Assembly (NCBI GenBank): GCA_018971685.1
Contig: JAGXAG010000005.1
Location: 1,842-65,841, forward strand
Reading direction: 5' to 3'
Length of the DNA stretch: 64,000 nucleotides
Source of the DNA: Patescibacteria group bacterium
Lineage (GTDB): Bacteria > Patescibacteriota > Minisyncoccia > Phycocordibacterales > PALSA-1337
Shown here: in pieces, positions 9,285-19,366 of the stretch
Layout of the letters: each line of letters starts with the position of its first letter
How positions within the stretch are numbered: position 1 is the stretch's first letter
Notes under the pieces: model-generated
The model's input: the letters and a program-made list of their open reading frames with translations, nothing else
What the model was told of the DNA's origin: nothing
The model's database searches: none
Made by a program: the position numbers and the translations under genes

Positions 9285-12200
9285 ATGACTACCACTTCCG
9301 CCCCCCGTCCCAAAAAGTATTTCTCCCGCTACCAAGCTCCATTGGCGGAGATGCCAAATTTGGTAGAAGCACAGCTTGCTTCGTTCGGTCAATTTCTGAA
9401 AGAGGGCATGCCGAATCTGCTCAAGGAATTCTCTCCGATAAAAGATTACGCCGAGAAAAAGTTCGAACTCTCGCTCGGCGGTTTCGAGATAGTCAAACCA
9501 AAGTACGACGAACATTATGCCAAGAACAACAAGCAAAATTATGAAGGACAAATAAAGGTCAAAGTCACGCTCAAGAATAAATCTTTGGCCGTGGAGAAAG
9601 AACAGGAGATGTTCCTGGCAGACTTGCCGCTCATGACCGATCATGGAACTTTCATAGTAAACGGCGTGGAAAGGGTCATAGTGCCGCAGCTTGCGCGCTC
9701 TTTCGGCGTTTTCTTCACCGGCAACGAAGCCCGCGGCAAAATATATTATGGCGCGAAAATAATCCCGGCGCGCGGCGTTTGGATGGAAATAGAGACGGAT
9801 GTCGACGGGACTATATATTGCCGTATTGATCGCAAGAGAAAATTTCCCATAACCTCGCTTTTGAGAGTACTGGGTGCCGCAAAAGATGAGGAAATCCTGG
9901 CTCTATTCAAGAACGATGTCGTCGCGGAAAAAGCTATAAAACTGACGCTCTCAAAAGACCACGCCAAAACTGTCGACGAAGCTTACATGGAGATCCACAA
10001 GCGATTGCGCGACGGCGACTTGGCTACTGCCGAGAACGCTCGTTCTTTTGTTCAGGCCATACTGAGTCCGGAAAGGTACGATATTTCCAGAGTAGGCCGT
10101 TTCCGGTTCAACAAGCGTTTCAACAAGCCCATGGATGAGAAGTCTTTGGAGCGGCGTACTGTTGACAATGACGATATAGCCACTACAGTCAAACGCGTTG
10201 CGGCATTAGCCGCGGATCCGGATATGCAGGCCGATGACATCGACCATCTAGGTTCGCGACGCGTCAGATATGTTGGAGAACTGCTTGAACAGCGCGTGCG
10301 CCTAGGCTTGACTCAAATGAAAAGAAATATCATGGACCGCATGTCCACCGTTGAGCCGGATGTCACCCTGCCGGTCTCGTTTGTGTATCCTCGGCCTCTG
10401 CAGGCGCGCATCAAAGAGTTTTTTACGACCAATCAGTTGTCACAATTCATGCAGCAATCAAACACGCTCGACGAGATCGAACATATGCGTTTGATGTCAG
10501 CCTTGGGTCCGGGCGGATTGTCGCGCGAACGCGCCGGTTTCGAAGTACGCGATGTACACCCTTCGCACTATGGACGACTTTGCCCGATACACACGCCCGA
10601 AGGACCGAATATCGGTTTGGTATTGCATTTGGCGACCTATGCCAAGATAAATGATTTTGGCATGATAGAAACACCTTACGCCAAAGTCAAAAACGGCAAA
10701 GTAACAGGGGAGATCGTCTATCTGAATGCTCTTGAAGAGGAGAATTATCGTATTGTCCACGCGGCGACGCCGCATGATGCCGATGGTAATATTACCACCG
10801 ACGAAGTCGAAGCGCGCGAGAACGGCAAACCGGTTATGGTCAGCAAAGATAAAGTCGACTTTATGGATGTATCAGCCAATCAAGCGTTTTCCATAGCCAC
10901 ATCGCTTATTCCTTTTTTGAATCATGACGATGCCAACCGCGCGCTCATGGGCTCAAATATGCAAAAACAAGCCACGCCCTGTTTGGTCCCCGAGGCCCCT
11001 ATCGTTGCTACTGGCATGGAGAAAAAGGCCGTACTAGAGACAAGTCGGGTTTTGGTGGCGCCGGAAGATGGAGAGATCATGTCCGTGGATGCCAAAGGAA
11101 TATCTTTCAAATCCGCCAAAGGACAAAAGAAAGATCTCAACCTGATCCTGTTCTCAAGAACCAACGGTTTTACCGTATTCCACCAGCGGCCGGTCGTGTT
11201 TGTCGGGCAAAAAGTTAAAAAAGGTGACATCTTGGCTGACACTTCAACTTCCGATAATGGCGAGATTGCCTTGGGTCACAATGCCTTGGTGGCGTTTATG
11301 TCTTGGTCTGGTTCAAACTACGAAGACGCTATCATACTTTCGGAGCGCGTAGTCAAGAATGCCAAATGGAGCTCTATACACATAGAAGAATTTGTAGTCA
11401 ATGTACGCGACACCAAACTCGGTCCCGAAGTTACCACTTGCGACATACCGAATGTGGGCGAGGCCAAGTTGCGCAATCTGACGGAAGAAGGCATAGTGAG
11501 AATAGGCGCCGAAGTCAGGCCCGGCGATCTTTTGGTCGGCAAGATAAGTCCAAAGAGCGAAACGCAACTCACTCCCGAGGAACGCCTGCTCAGGTCAATC
11601 TTCGGCGAGAAGGCGCGTGATGTAAAAGATACTTCAAAGCGCATGGAAAACGGCAAGCGCGGCCGCGTCATTTCTATCAAAGTGTTTTCTCGAGAAAAAG
11701 GCGACAAACTCGAATCCGGTATCATCAAGAGGATATATGTAGAAGTTGCTCAGGTCAGGAATGTCTCTGTTGGCGACAAAATGGCCGGACGGCACGGCAA
11801 CAAAGGCGTTATCTCGAGGATTTTGCCGGAAGAAGACATGCCGTACATGGAAGACGGCACGCCGATCGATGTCATCTTGACTCCTCTGGGCGTGCCTTCA
11901 CGCATGAATTTGGGACAGATTTTGGAATTGCATTTGGGTTTGGCGGCAAACTCTCTGGGCTATCAAGCAATAGTGCCGCCATTTATGGGCGCTACTGAGC
12001 CGGAGATCAAAGAGGAACTTGTCAAGGCTGGTTTTGACGCTTCGGGCAAAATGAAACTGCGCGATGGCCGCACTGGGGAATATTTCGACCAGCCGGTCGC
12101 TGTCGGTTACATGTACATCATGAAATTGCATCACATGGTCGAAGACAAGATCCACATGCGTTCGATCGGCCCTTATTCGCTCATAACTCAGCAACCATTG

Positions 12201-12473
12201 GGCGGCAAAGCGCAAGGCGGCGGCCAACGCTTCGGCGAAATGGAAGTTTGGGCGCTCTTGGGACATGGCGCCGCACATACCTTGCGCGAGATCCTCACCG
12301 TAAAGTCCGACGATATCATAGGCCGCTCCTCTACTTTCGACTCTATAGTCAAAGGCGAATTGATGAAACAGCCGAACCTGCCGGCATCGTTCAATGTCCT
12401 CTTGAAGACTTTGAGGGGTTTGGCCTTGAATGTGGAACTGCTTAAAAGGTCATCGGATGACGAAAATAATTAA
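9285..12473 (+). CDS. rpoB: DNA-directed RNA polymerase subunit beta
   Basis: 1062-aa ORF with canonical beta-subunit blocks (GRHGNKGV..., MNLGQILELHLG, QRFGEMEVWAL). Confidence 0.97.
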   Translation: MTTTSAPRPKKYFSRYQAPLAEMPNLVEAQLASFGQFLKEGMPNLLKEFSPIKDYAEKKFELSLGGFEIVKPKYDEHYAKNNKQNYEGQIKVKVTLKNKSLAVEKEQEMFLADLPLMTDHGTFIVNGVERVIVPQLARSFGVFFTGNEARGKIYYGAKIIPARGVWMEIETDVDGTIYCRIDRKRKFPITSLLRVLGAAKDEEILALFKNDVVAEKAIKLTLSKDHAKTVDEAYMEIHKRLRDGDLATAENARSFVQAILSPERYDISRVGRFRFNKRFNKPMDEKSLERRTVDNDDIATTVKRVAALAADPDMQADDIDHLGSRRVRYVGELLEQRVRLGLTQMKRNIMDRMSTVEPDVTLPVSFVYPRPLQARIKEFFTTNQLSQFMQQSNTLDEIEHMRLMSALGPGGLSRERAGFEVRDVHPSHYGRLCPIHTPEGPNIGLVLHLATYAKINDFGMIETPYAKVKNGKVTGEIVYLNALEEENYRIVHAATPHDADGNITTDEVEARENGKPVMVSKDKVDFMDVSANQAFSIATSLIPFLNHDDANRALMGSNMQKQATPCLVPEAPIVATGMEKKAVLETSRVLVAPEDGEIMSVDAKGISFKSAKGQKKDLNLILFSRTNGFTVFHQRPVVFVGQKVKKGDILADTSTSDNGEIALGHNALVAFMSWSGSNYEDAIILSERVVKNAKWSSIHIEEFVVNVRDTKLGPEVTTCDIPNVGEAKLRNLTEEGIVRIGAEVRPGDLLVGKISPKSETQLTPEERLLRSIFGEKARDVKDTSKRMENGKRGRVISIKVFSREKGDKLESGIIKRIYVEVAQVRNVSVGDKMAGRHGNKGVISRILPEEDMPYMEDGTPIDVILTPLGVPSRMNLGQILELHLGLAANSLGYQAIVPPFMGATEPEIKEELVKAGFDASGKMKLRDGRTGEYFDQPVAVGYMYIMKLHHMVEDKIHMRSIGPYSLITQQPLGGKAQGGGQRFGEMEVWALLGHGAAHTLREILTVKSDDIIGRSSTFDSIVKGELMKQPNLPASFNVLLKTLRGLALNVELLKRSSDDENN

Positions 12474-12494
12474 TAAGCCCTTAACAAGACAACC

Positions 12495-15400
12495 ATGCCC
12501 ACGCAAACTATCCAAACAAAAAAACCGCACGATCCGCAGGATTTCGATATCATCAAACTAACTTTAGCGTCGCCGGAAAAGATCCAGGAATGGTCGTTCG
12601 GCGAAGTGACCAAGCCGGAGACTATCAATTACAGGACGCAAAGATCCGAGAAAAGCGGTTTGTTCGACGAGCGTATATTCGGGCCGGATAGAGACTATGA
12701 ATGCTACTGCGGCAAATACAGAGGCATCAGATATAAAGGCATTGTCTGCGAGAAATGCGGTGTTGAGATAACCCGTTCTATTGTCAGGCGCGAAAGAATG
12801 GGCCACATAGAACTTGCAACACCGGTGTCGCATGTGTGGTTCTTGAGAAGCGTTCCTTCCAGGATCAGCTTGGTTCTAGGCATGACCTCGGCGGATTTGG
12901 AAAGAGTTGTATATTTTGCCGGCTATATCGTAACTAAAGTGCACGAACAGGAAAAGACCAAATTTTTGAAAGAGCTGGATGGCGAATACAAGGTCAAGGT
13001 GAAAACCGCCCAGGACGATAAGACCAAAGAAGCGCTTAAAGAATTGTTGCTTTCCGCGCGGCGCGAGATCGAAACGATCACGCCCGGTTTTGTCATGGAC
13101 GAGGTTGCGTATCATAAATATGCCCTGAAATATGGCTCACTGTTCGAGTCTGGCATAGGCGCCGAAGCGATCTACGAAATATTGAAGAAGATAGACATGC
13201 CCAAGCTCAAAGAAGAATTGGAAAAAACATACGAGGCGTCCGGTGCCGCCGAACGCGAAAGGATCGCCAAGCGTCTTTCATTGGTGAAACAGATGATCAA
13301 GGCCGATTTGCGGCCTGAGTGGATGTTCCTGACAAAGATACCGGTGATTCCGCCCGGACTGAGGCCGATGGTCGCTCTTGACGGCGGCCGTTTTGCGACC
13401 TCCGATGTCAATGATTTGTATCGCCGTGTCATCAACCGCAACAACCGTCTGCTCAAGTTACGGGAAATCAACGCGCCGGAAGTTATATTGCGCAACGAAA
13501 AACGCATTTTGCAGGAAGCCGTGGACGCGCTCATAGACAATTCCATCCGCCACAGTTCGTCCGCCGGTGCCGCTGCCATCGCGGCTCAGAAGCGCGCGTT
13601 GAAATCACTCTCCGATTCGCTCAAATCAAAGCGTGGATTGTTCCGCCAAAATCTTTTGGGAAAGCGCGTAGATTATTCCGGCCGTTCCGTCATCGTCGTA
13701 GGTCCTGAATTGCGCCTGGACCAATGCGGCTTGCCCAAGCATATGGCTCTCGAATTGTTCCGCCCGTTTGTCATTTCCGGATTGCTAAAGAGGGAACTGG
13801 CGTACAACATTCGCGGCGCCAATCGCCTGATAGACGATGGCGCCAAGGAGGTTTGGGAGATATTGGAAGAAGTGATCAAAGGCAAATATGTACTTTTGAA
13901 CCGCGCACCGACTTTGCACCGCTTGGGCATCCAAGCCTTCCAGCCGATCTTGATCGAAGGCAACGCTATCCAGGTTCATCCTTTGGTTTGCACCGCGTTC
14001 AATGCCGACTTCGATGGCGATCAGATGGCCGTGCATATACCGCTTTCGGCCGAAGCTCAGCTCGAAGCCAAGGAAATCATGGCTTCGGACAAGAATATCT
14101 TGAAACCCGGCAATAATGATCCAACAGTTGTAGCCAAGATGCTCGACATAGTGCTCGGTTGTTTCTGGGTGACGAAGGCAGTTCCGAAGGCTGACGGCAA
14201 CGCCAGATATTTCGAATCGCCGGAAGCCGCCGTGAGAGCTTATGATTTCAATGTGGTCGGTTTGCGCGAGCCGGTAAAGATCATGACCCCAAAAAATGAC
14301 AAATATGCCCAGTTCAGCGAGCAATTGTTAGAGACAACGGTTGGCAGAATACTATTCAATGCGGTTTTGCCGGAGGATTACCCGTTCGTTAATGAAGAAG
14401 TTGGTCGCAAGCGTTTGGGTGCGACCATCGATGACATGATCGCCTTGCACGGAGCCGAAAATATTTCGCCTATCCTGGACAAGATCAAAAATTTCGGTTT
14501 CGGCTATACCACTTATTCCGGTACGACCTGGGGTATCGATGATATAAAGATCCCGGAATCAAAGGACAAGATCATTGCCGGCGCCAAGCGATTGGCCAAT
14601 CTGACCACCGAACAGTTCAACGAAGGACTTTTGACGGAAGAAGAGCGGATAAGGAAGCACATCGAGATTTGGCAAAAAGCAAAAAGCGAAGTTGAGAAAT
14701 CAATACCCCCGTCTCTCGACAAAATGGGCTCGGTTTACGATATGATCACCTCCGGCGCCCGCGGCTCGCTCTCGCAGATTACCCAAATGGCCGGGATGAA
14801 AGGCTTGATCTCATCGGTTTCAGGCGCGACTATCGAATTTCCGATATTATCGTGCTCCAAGGAAGGCTTAACCCCGATCGAATACTTTATTACGACTCAC
14901 GGTTCGCGCAAGGGTCTTACCGATACGGCTCTGAATACCGCCAAAGCAGGATACCTTACCCGTAAACTTTTCGTAGTGGCGCAAGACGTGGTCGTCTCTG
15001 AAGGCGATTGCGGTACAAAAGAATCAATTGTCATACGCAGACAGACTGCTTCGGGCATGAATATACCTTTGAGTAAGAGCGTTAGAGGCAGGGTGCTGGC
15101 TGAAACGGTGAAAAATTCCGCCGGCGAGACATTGTTCGAGAAAGGCCACTTAATAACCAAAAGCGACGCGCAAAAGATCGAAGACGCGGAAATAAGCGAT
15201 GTGCGCGTGCGCTCACCCCTATCGTGCAAAACGCCGCGCGGTGTTTGCGCGCAATGTTACGGTCTTGACCTGGGCAAGAATCGCCTGGTGGAGCTCGGCG
15301 AAGCGGTCGGCACCGTGGCCGCGCAAGCGATCGGCGAGCCGGGTACTCAGCTAACCATGAGGACTTTCCATGCCGGCGGCACAGCGTCGCAAGGCGGAGA

Positions 15401-16172
15401 TATAACCGCTGGATTGCCGCGCGTTGAGGAAATATTCGAGAAGAGAAGGCCGAAGACGCCGGCGGTAGTGGCCACCGTGGATGGTGTTGTTGTGGAAGTC
15501 AAAGATATGGGCAGGGAAAAGCTCATTCGCGTTTTGCCAGAATTGGAAGGCCAAGGCAAGAAGAAGCCGAGCGAAGTTGAGTATATATTTCCCTATCGTA
15601 GAACGACGCTGGTGCGCGTGGGCGACCGCGTCAGGAAAGGCGATCTATTGACTGATGGTTCCGCCGATATTGATGAAGTTTTCAATCATGGCGGCGAAGA
15701 GCGTGCCAAGGATTATGTCATAACCGAGGTTGGTAAAATATACGAACTTCAAGGCGAAACGGTCTCGCGCAAGCACATAGAAATCATCGTCAAACAAATG
15801 TTCTCCCGCCGGCGTGTTATCGATGGCGGCGGTACCAACCTGAATGAAGGCATGATCGTGGATGACGAACAATTGTCCCGAGAGAACGCCGCGGCCAAAG
15901 CCAAGGACGGTAACCCGGCCAAAGTTGAAAAAGTGGTTATGGGTATCACCGAAACTTCGCTCACCCGCCAGAGCTTCTTATCCGCGGCCTCGTTCCAGCA
16001 CACCACGCGCGTCTTGATCGCCAATGCCGTTCGCGCGGCGGAAGACGATCTCAAAGGCCTGATGGAAAATGTCATTATCGGCCGTCTCGTTCCGGCCGGA
16101 ACCGGATTTGACGGATCACCGAAGCAGGAGATGATAAGGGCGGGCGCGCCGAAGGAGGTTATTGAAGATTAA
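12495..16172 (+). CDS. rpoC: DNA-directed RNA polymerase subunit beta'
   Basis: 1225-aa ORF with zinc-finger CGKYRGIRYKGIVCEKCGVE, the NADFDGDQMAVH catalytic motif, and trigger-loop region. Confidence 0.97.
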   Translation: MPTQTIQTKKPHDPQDFDIIKLTLASPEKIQEWSFGEVTKPETINYRTQRSEKSGLFDERIFGPDRDYECYCGKYRGIRYKGIVCEKCGVEITRSIVRRERMGHIELATPVSHVWFLRSVPSRISLVLGMTSADLERVVYFAGYIVTKVHEQEKTKFLKELDGEYKVKVKTAQDDKTKEALKELLLSARREIETITPGFVMDEVAYHKYALKYGSLFESGIGAEAIYEILKKIDMPKLKEELEKTYEASGAAERERIAKRLSLVKQMIKADLRPEWMFLTKIPVIPPGLRPMVALDGGRFATSDVNDLYRRVINRNNRLLKLREINAPEVILRNEKRILQEAVDALIDNSIRHSSSAGAAAIAAQKRALKSLSDSLKSKRGLFRQNLLGKRVDYSGRSVIVVGPELRLDQCGLPKHMALELFRPFVISGLLKRELAYNIRGANRLIDDGAKEVWEILEEVIKGKYVLLNRAPTLHRLGIQAFQPILIEGNAIQVHPLVCTAFNADFDGDQMAVHIPLSAEAQLEAKEIMASDKNILKPGNNDPTVVAKMLDIVLGCFWVTKAVPKADGNARYFESPEAAVRAYDFNVVGLREPVKIMTPKNDKYAQFSEQLLETTVGRILFNAVLPEDYPFVNEEVGRKRLGATIDDMIALHGAENISPILDKIKNFGFGYTTYSGTTWGIDDIKIPESKDKIIAGAKRLANLTTEQFNEGLLTEEERIRKHIEIWQKAKSEVEKSIPPSLDKMGSVYDMITSGARGSLSQITQMAGMKGLISSVSGATIEFPILSCSKEGLTPIEYFITTHGSRKGLTDTALNTAKAGYLTRKLFVVAQDVVVSEGDCGTKESIVIRRQTASGMNIPLSKSVRGRVLAETVKNSAGETLFEKGHLITKSDAQKIEDAEISDVRVRSPLSCKTPRGVCAQCYGLDLGKNRLVELGEAVGTVAAQAIGEPGTQLTMRTFHAGGTASQGGDITAGLPRVEEIFEKRRPKTPAVVATVDGVVVEVKDMGREKLIRVLPELEGQGKKKPSEVEYIFPYRRTTLVRVGDRVRKGDLLTDGSADIDEVFNHGGEERAKDYVITEVGKIYELQGETVSRKHIEIIVKQMFSRRRVIDGGGTNLNEGMIVDDEQLSRENAAAKAKDGNPAKVEKVVMGITETSLTRQSFLSAASFQHTTRVLIANAVRAAEDDLKGLMENVIIGRLVPAGTGFDGSPKQEMIRAGAPKEVIED

Positions 16173-18120
16173 AGATCTGCTATTTAAGATTTATGAGTCG
16201 TTGGATTATAATTCACTCATGAATCACACAACCGTCGAAGAGATAAAAGCCAAATTGACGATCGAGGATGTTATCGGATCGTATGTCAAGCTGGAAAAAG
16301 CCGGCAAATCATTCAAGGCAAGATGCCCGTTCCACAACGAGAAAACCGCCAGCTTTTTCGTCTCGCCTGAACGAGGCGGCTACTATTGTTTCGGTTGCGG
16401 CGCCAAGGGCGACATCTTCAGTTTCGTCGAACAATTCGAGGGCCTCGATTTTCGCGGGGCTTTGAAGTTATTGGCCGAAAAAGCCGGCGTCACTCTCTCA
16501 TTCGACCGCAAAGCCGACAGTGAACGCGACATGTTTTTGCAAGCCACGGAAGAGGCCGCCAAGTATTTCGAAACGCAATTCGATAAGTCAAAAGCCCCGC
16601 AAGCGTATGTCAAAAGCCGCGGAATCTCCGACGCCACCCGCAAATCATTCCGCATCGGTTGGGCTCCCGACGGCTGGCGCAACCTATCCGTTTACCTCAA
16701 AGGCAGAGGTTACAGCGACGCCATTCTCGAAAAAGTCGGTTTAATAAAGCGCAAGGATTCAAGTTCAATTATTGTAGACAAGTCCGCCGCTCTCGAAGCC
16801 GGTACTCCCTCCGCGAGCCTTACCGGCGGGATGCGACGCGGCTCGACGGGGGGAGCCGTCGGCAAAGAGAGCGGCGGGCTCGGAACCTCGAACGCTCTCA
16901 GTAATAACTACGACCGTTTTCGCGGCCGAATCATGTTTCCGATAAGCGATTCCAGCGGCCGCGTTATTGCATTTTCCGGCAGGATCCTGCATGACGACGG
17001 CAAATCGGCCAAGTACTTGAACAGTCCCGACACGCCGCTTTACGACAAATCAACCGTTCTCTACGGCCTCGACAAGGCCAAAAGCGAGATTCGACGCCTC
17101 AACTATTCCATTCTCGTCGAAGGCCAAATGGACCTCGTTATGTCCCACCAGTCCGGCATCAAAAATACTGTCGCCGCTTCCGGCACCGCCCTTTCCGACG
17201 AAACATTCAATGAAAATGGCATAATCAGCAATCTTGGCCTGGTCAGGCGACTGTCGCCAAACATCATCATAGCTTTTGATTCGGACGCTGCCGGTCGCAA
17301 AGCCGCTTTGCGCGCTTCCGGCATCGCGCTTTCGCTCGGCATGGATGTCAAAATCGCCGATATTGTCGGCGGCAAAGATCCTGCCGACCTGATCAAGGAA
17401 AATGCCGATAATTGGAAAGCGGTATTGCGCGCCGCCAAGCCGATCATCGAATTTGAATTGAATAATGTCATGCGCGAAGTCGCCGATGCGCGCAAGCTGC
17501 CCAAGGCTCTGGAGGAGCGCGTTCTGCCGTTATTGGCGAAAATCGAAAGCGGCGGCGACAGGTCGTATTTTGTGCAAATGATAGCCGTCAAAGCTAAGAT
17601 ACCGATCGACATTGTCTGGCAGGATTTGCGGATCGTCGAGGGTCGTACAAAGGCAGCTGACAGGTCCGGGCACGCAAATCTGGCCGCGGCCGTTCACACT
17701 TCCGGTGAACAGAACAAGAGGATAGATCTGATAGAAAGACGGTTATTTGGCTTGTTAAATTTGATGGAAAAGGACGGCATGTCGCAAGCCGAAGATATTA
17801 GAAAGGAAATGGAAAAATTGGCCGGCAATTCATTCGAGGCGCGGAAAGAACGCGCGAAAAAAATCATGGATGATCTGGCATTCGAGGCGGAAGCTTTCTT
17901 TGGCGGAGATAAAACAGGTTGGCAAAAGAACGCGCGGGAATTACTGTTCAATTTCGAGGAGGATATAATAAATGAAGAATTGATCCAAGCTATGCAAGAA
18001 TTAAGAGCCGTCGAAATCGCCGGCAACAGGGAACTCTTGGCCGAATTGGCGAAAAAGTGCCAAGCGCTTTCCGTCCGCAAAGCGGAGATCGGCCGTCGCA
18101 GGACGAAAATATCAAATTAA
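16162..18120 (+). CDS. dnaG: DNA primase DnaG (with Gly-rich insert)
   Basis: CPFHNEKTASFFVSPERGGYYCFGCGAKGDIFSFV zinc-ribbon and a TOPRIM region (LVEGQMDLVMSHQSG). TTG start at 16162 sits 3 nt after AGGAGG and overlaps rpoC by 11 nt. Alternative ATG at 16219. Confidence 0.88.
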   Translation: MKIKDLLFKIYESLDYNSLMNHTTVEEIKAKLTIEDVIGSYVKLEKAGKSFKARCPFHNEKTASFFVSPERGGYYCFGCGAKGDIFSFVEQFEGLDFRGALKLLAEKAGVTLSFDRKADSERDMFLQATEEAAKYFETQFDKSKAPQAYVKSRGISDATRKSFRIGWAPDGWRNLSVYLKGRGYSDAILEKVGLIKRKDSSSIIVDKSAALEAGTPSASLTGGMRRGSTGGAVGKESGGLGTSNALSNNYDRFRGRIMFPISDSSGRVIAFSGRILHDDGKSAKYLNSPDTPLYDKSTVLYGLDKAKSEIRRLNYSILVEGQMDLVMSHQSGIKNTVAASGTALSDETFNENGIISNLGLVRRLSPNIIIAFDSDAAGRKAALRASGIALSLGMDVKIADIVGGKDPADLIKENADNWKAVLRAAKPIIEFELNNVMREVADARKLPKALEERVLPLLAKIESGGDRSYFVQMIAVKAKIPIDIVWQDLRIVEGRTKAADRSGHANLAAAVHTSGEQNKRIDLIERRLFGLLNLMEKDGMSQAEDIRKEMEKLAGNSFEARKERAKKIMDDLAFEAEAFFGGDKTGWQKNARELLFNFEEDIINEELIQAMQELRAVEIAGNRELLAELAKKCQALSVRKAEIGRRRTKISN

Positions 18121-18199
18121 GTCCTTGATGTGTCTCATATCAAGAACCGGCCTGGATATTTTCACCCTTGACCGCTTGTAAATATGCTACAATATAGCT

Positions 18200-18931
18200 A
18201 TGCAGTCATACGCCATCAGACCTAGCGCGCTTATACTCGATCCGCCGACGGGCCGCGAGTACATACTCACGATCCGCGATTTGCCTGCGGAAGAAAAGCC
18301 GCGTGAAAAGCTGATTTTGCAAGGACCGGAAGCTTTGAGCATACGGGAGCTCATGGCTGTGGTTTTTACGACCGGCACTGTCAAGGAAGATGTCCTGGAA
18401 ATGGCCGATCGCGTGGTTCGAGAATATGGCGAAAGGACCATATTGGCCGAACGGGATCCGGAAAAGTTATCGCGCGAGTCAAAATTGCCGATTGTCAAAG
18501 CGTGCCAAGTCGTAGCTGTCGGCGAGCTTGGCAGGCGCTTTTACGATCGTAACCAATCCGGCTTCACAACCATACGGAATGCCAAGGAAGCGTACGAATA
18601 TCTGCATGATATGCGCAATTTATCCAAAGAGCATCTGCGGGGACTTTATCTGAACAGCCGCAACCGTGTTATCAGAGATGAAGTTATATCCATCGGTACT
18701 GTCAATTCCAACATAGTACATCCGCGCGAAGTTTTCAGGCCTGGCATAGAATACAATGCCGCCGCCGTGATCTTGGCGCACAATCATCCTTCTGGAGATG
18801 CGGCGCCCAGCGATGAAGACACAAAGATAACCGAACAGCTTATCAGAGCTGGGAAAATTCTGGGCATATCGATACTCGACCATATTATCGTCGCGAAAGA
18901 CGCCTTCGCCAGCGTTAAGGCGGACTATTAA
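18200..18931 (+). CDS. radC: RadC-like JAB/MPN domain protein
   Basis: C-terminal LAHNHPSGDAAPSDEDTKITEQL (HxHPSG...S..D JAMM motif). TACAAT at 18188-18193 is 6 nt upstream of the ATG. Confidence 0.85.
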   Translation: MQSYAIRPSALILDPPTGREYILTIRDLPAEEKPREKLILQGPEALSIRELMAVVFTTGTVKEDVLEMADRVVREYGERTILAERDPEKLSRESKLPIVKACQVVAVGELGRRFYDRNQSGFTTIRNAKEAYEYLHDMRNLSKEHLRGLYLNSRNRVIRDEVISIGTVNSNIVHPREVFRPGIEYNAAAVILAHNHPSGDAAPSDEDTKITEQLIRAGKILGISILDHIIVAKDAFASVKADY

Positions 18932-18935
18932 CAAA

Positions 18936-19277
18936 ATGATCAGGGATTACCAGGTAGTTTCTCCGTCACTTGACGGAGTTTTGACGCGTGAGACTTTGGC
19001 TTACGATGGTTTGGAAAGGCCGGATGGATTGGATCGATTGTTCGACAGATCGCCGGAATATGAACTAACCGATCTTAACGAATCATCGGATAGGCGTTGT
19101 GCCATCGAACAGTATTTCCACGACCTGTACGGCATTCTCGTCAAGAACATTTCCCAATTCGCCATCGAATCCGAGCCGACGCCGGACGAGTCGGTAAGAT
19201 TGATTGCCATGCTGCAAGAGTTTGTGAAAGTGAAAGGGTTGCTGGTTAGCGGCACGCCAAGATCCGTCCCGCAATAA
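18936..19277 (+). CDS. Hypothetical protein (113 aa, acidic)
   Basis: ORF immediately after radC; no recognisable motifs. Confidence 0.4.
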   Translation: MIRDYQVVSPSLDGVLTRETLAYDGLERPDGLDRLFDRSPEYELTDLNESSDRRCAIEQYFHDLYGILVKNISQFAIESEPTPDESVRLIAMLQEFVKVKGLLVSGTPRSVPQ

Positions 19278-19298
19278 GTGTAGTAAATAAAAAAGGTG

Positions 19299-19322
19299 TC
19301 GCATCTCGCAGGTAAGATGCGA
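19299..19322 (+). terminator. Hairpin TCGCATCT-CGCAGGTA-AGATGCGA downstream of the 18936 gene (T-run is distant)
   Basis: 8-bp perfect stem; the nearest T-run lies ~14 nt further on, so this is a weak terminator candidate. Confidence 0.3.
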
Positions 19323-19366
19323 TGCTTAGACTTTCAATTTTTCTCGCCAGAATGTAAACTGTCGTC

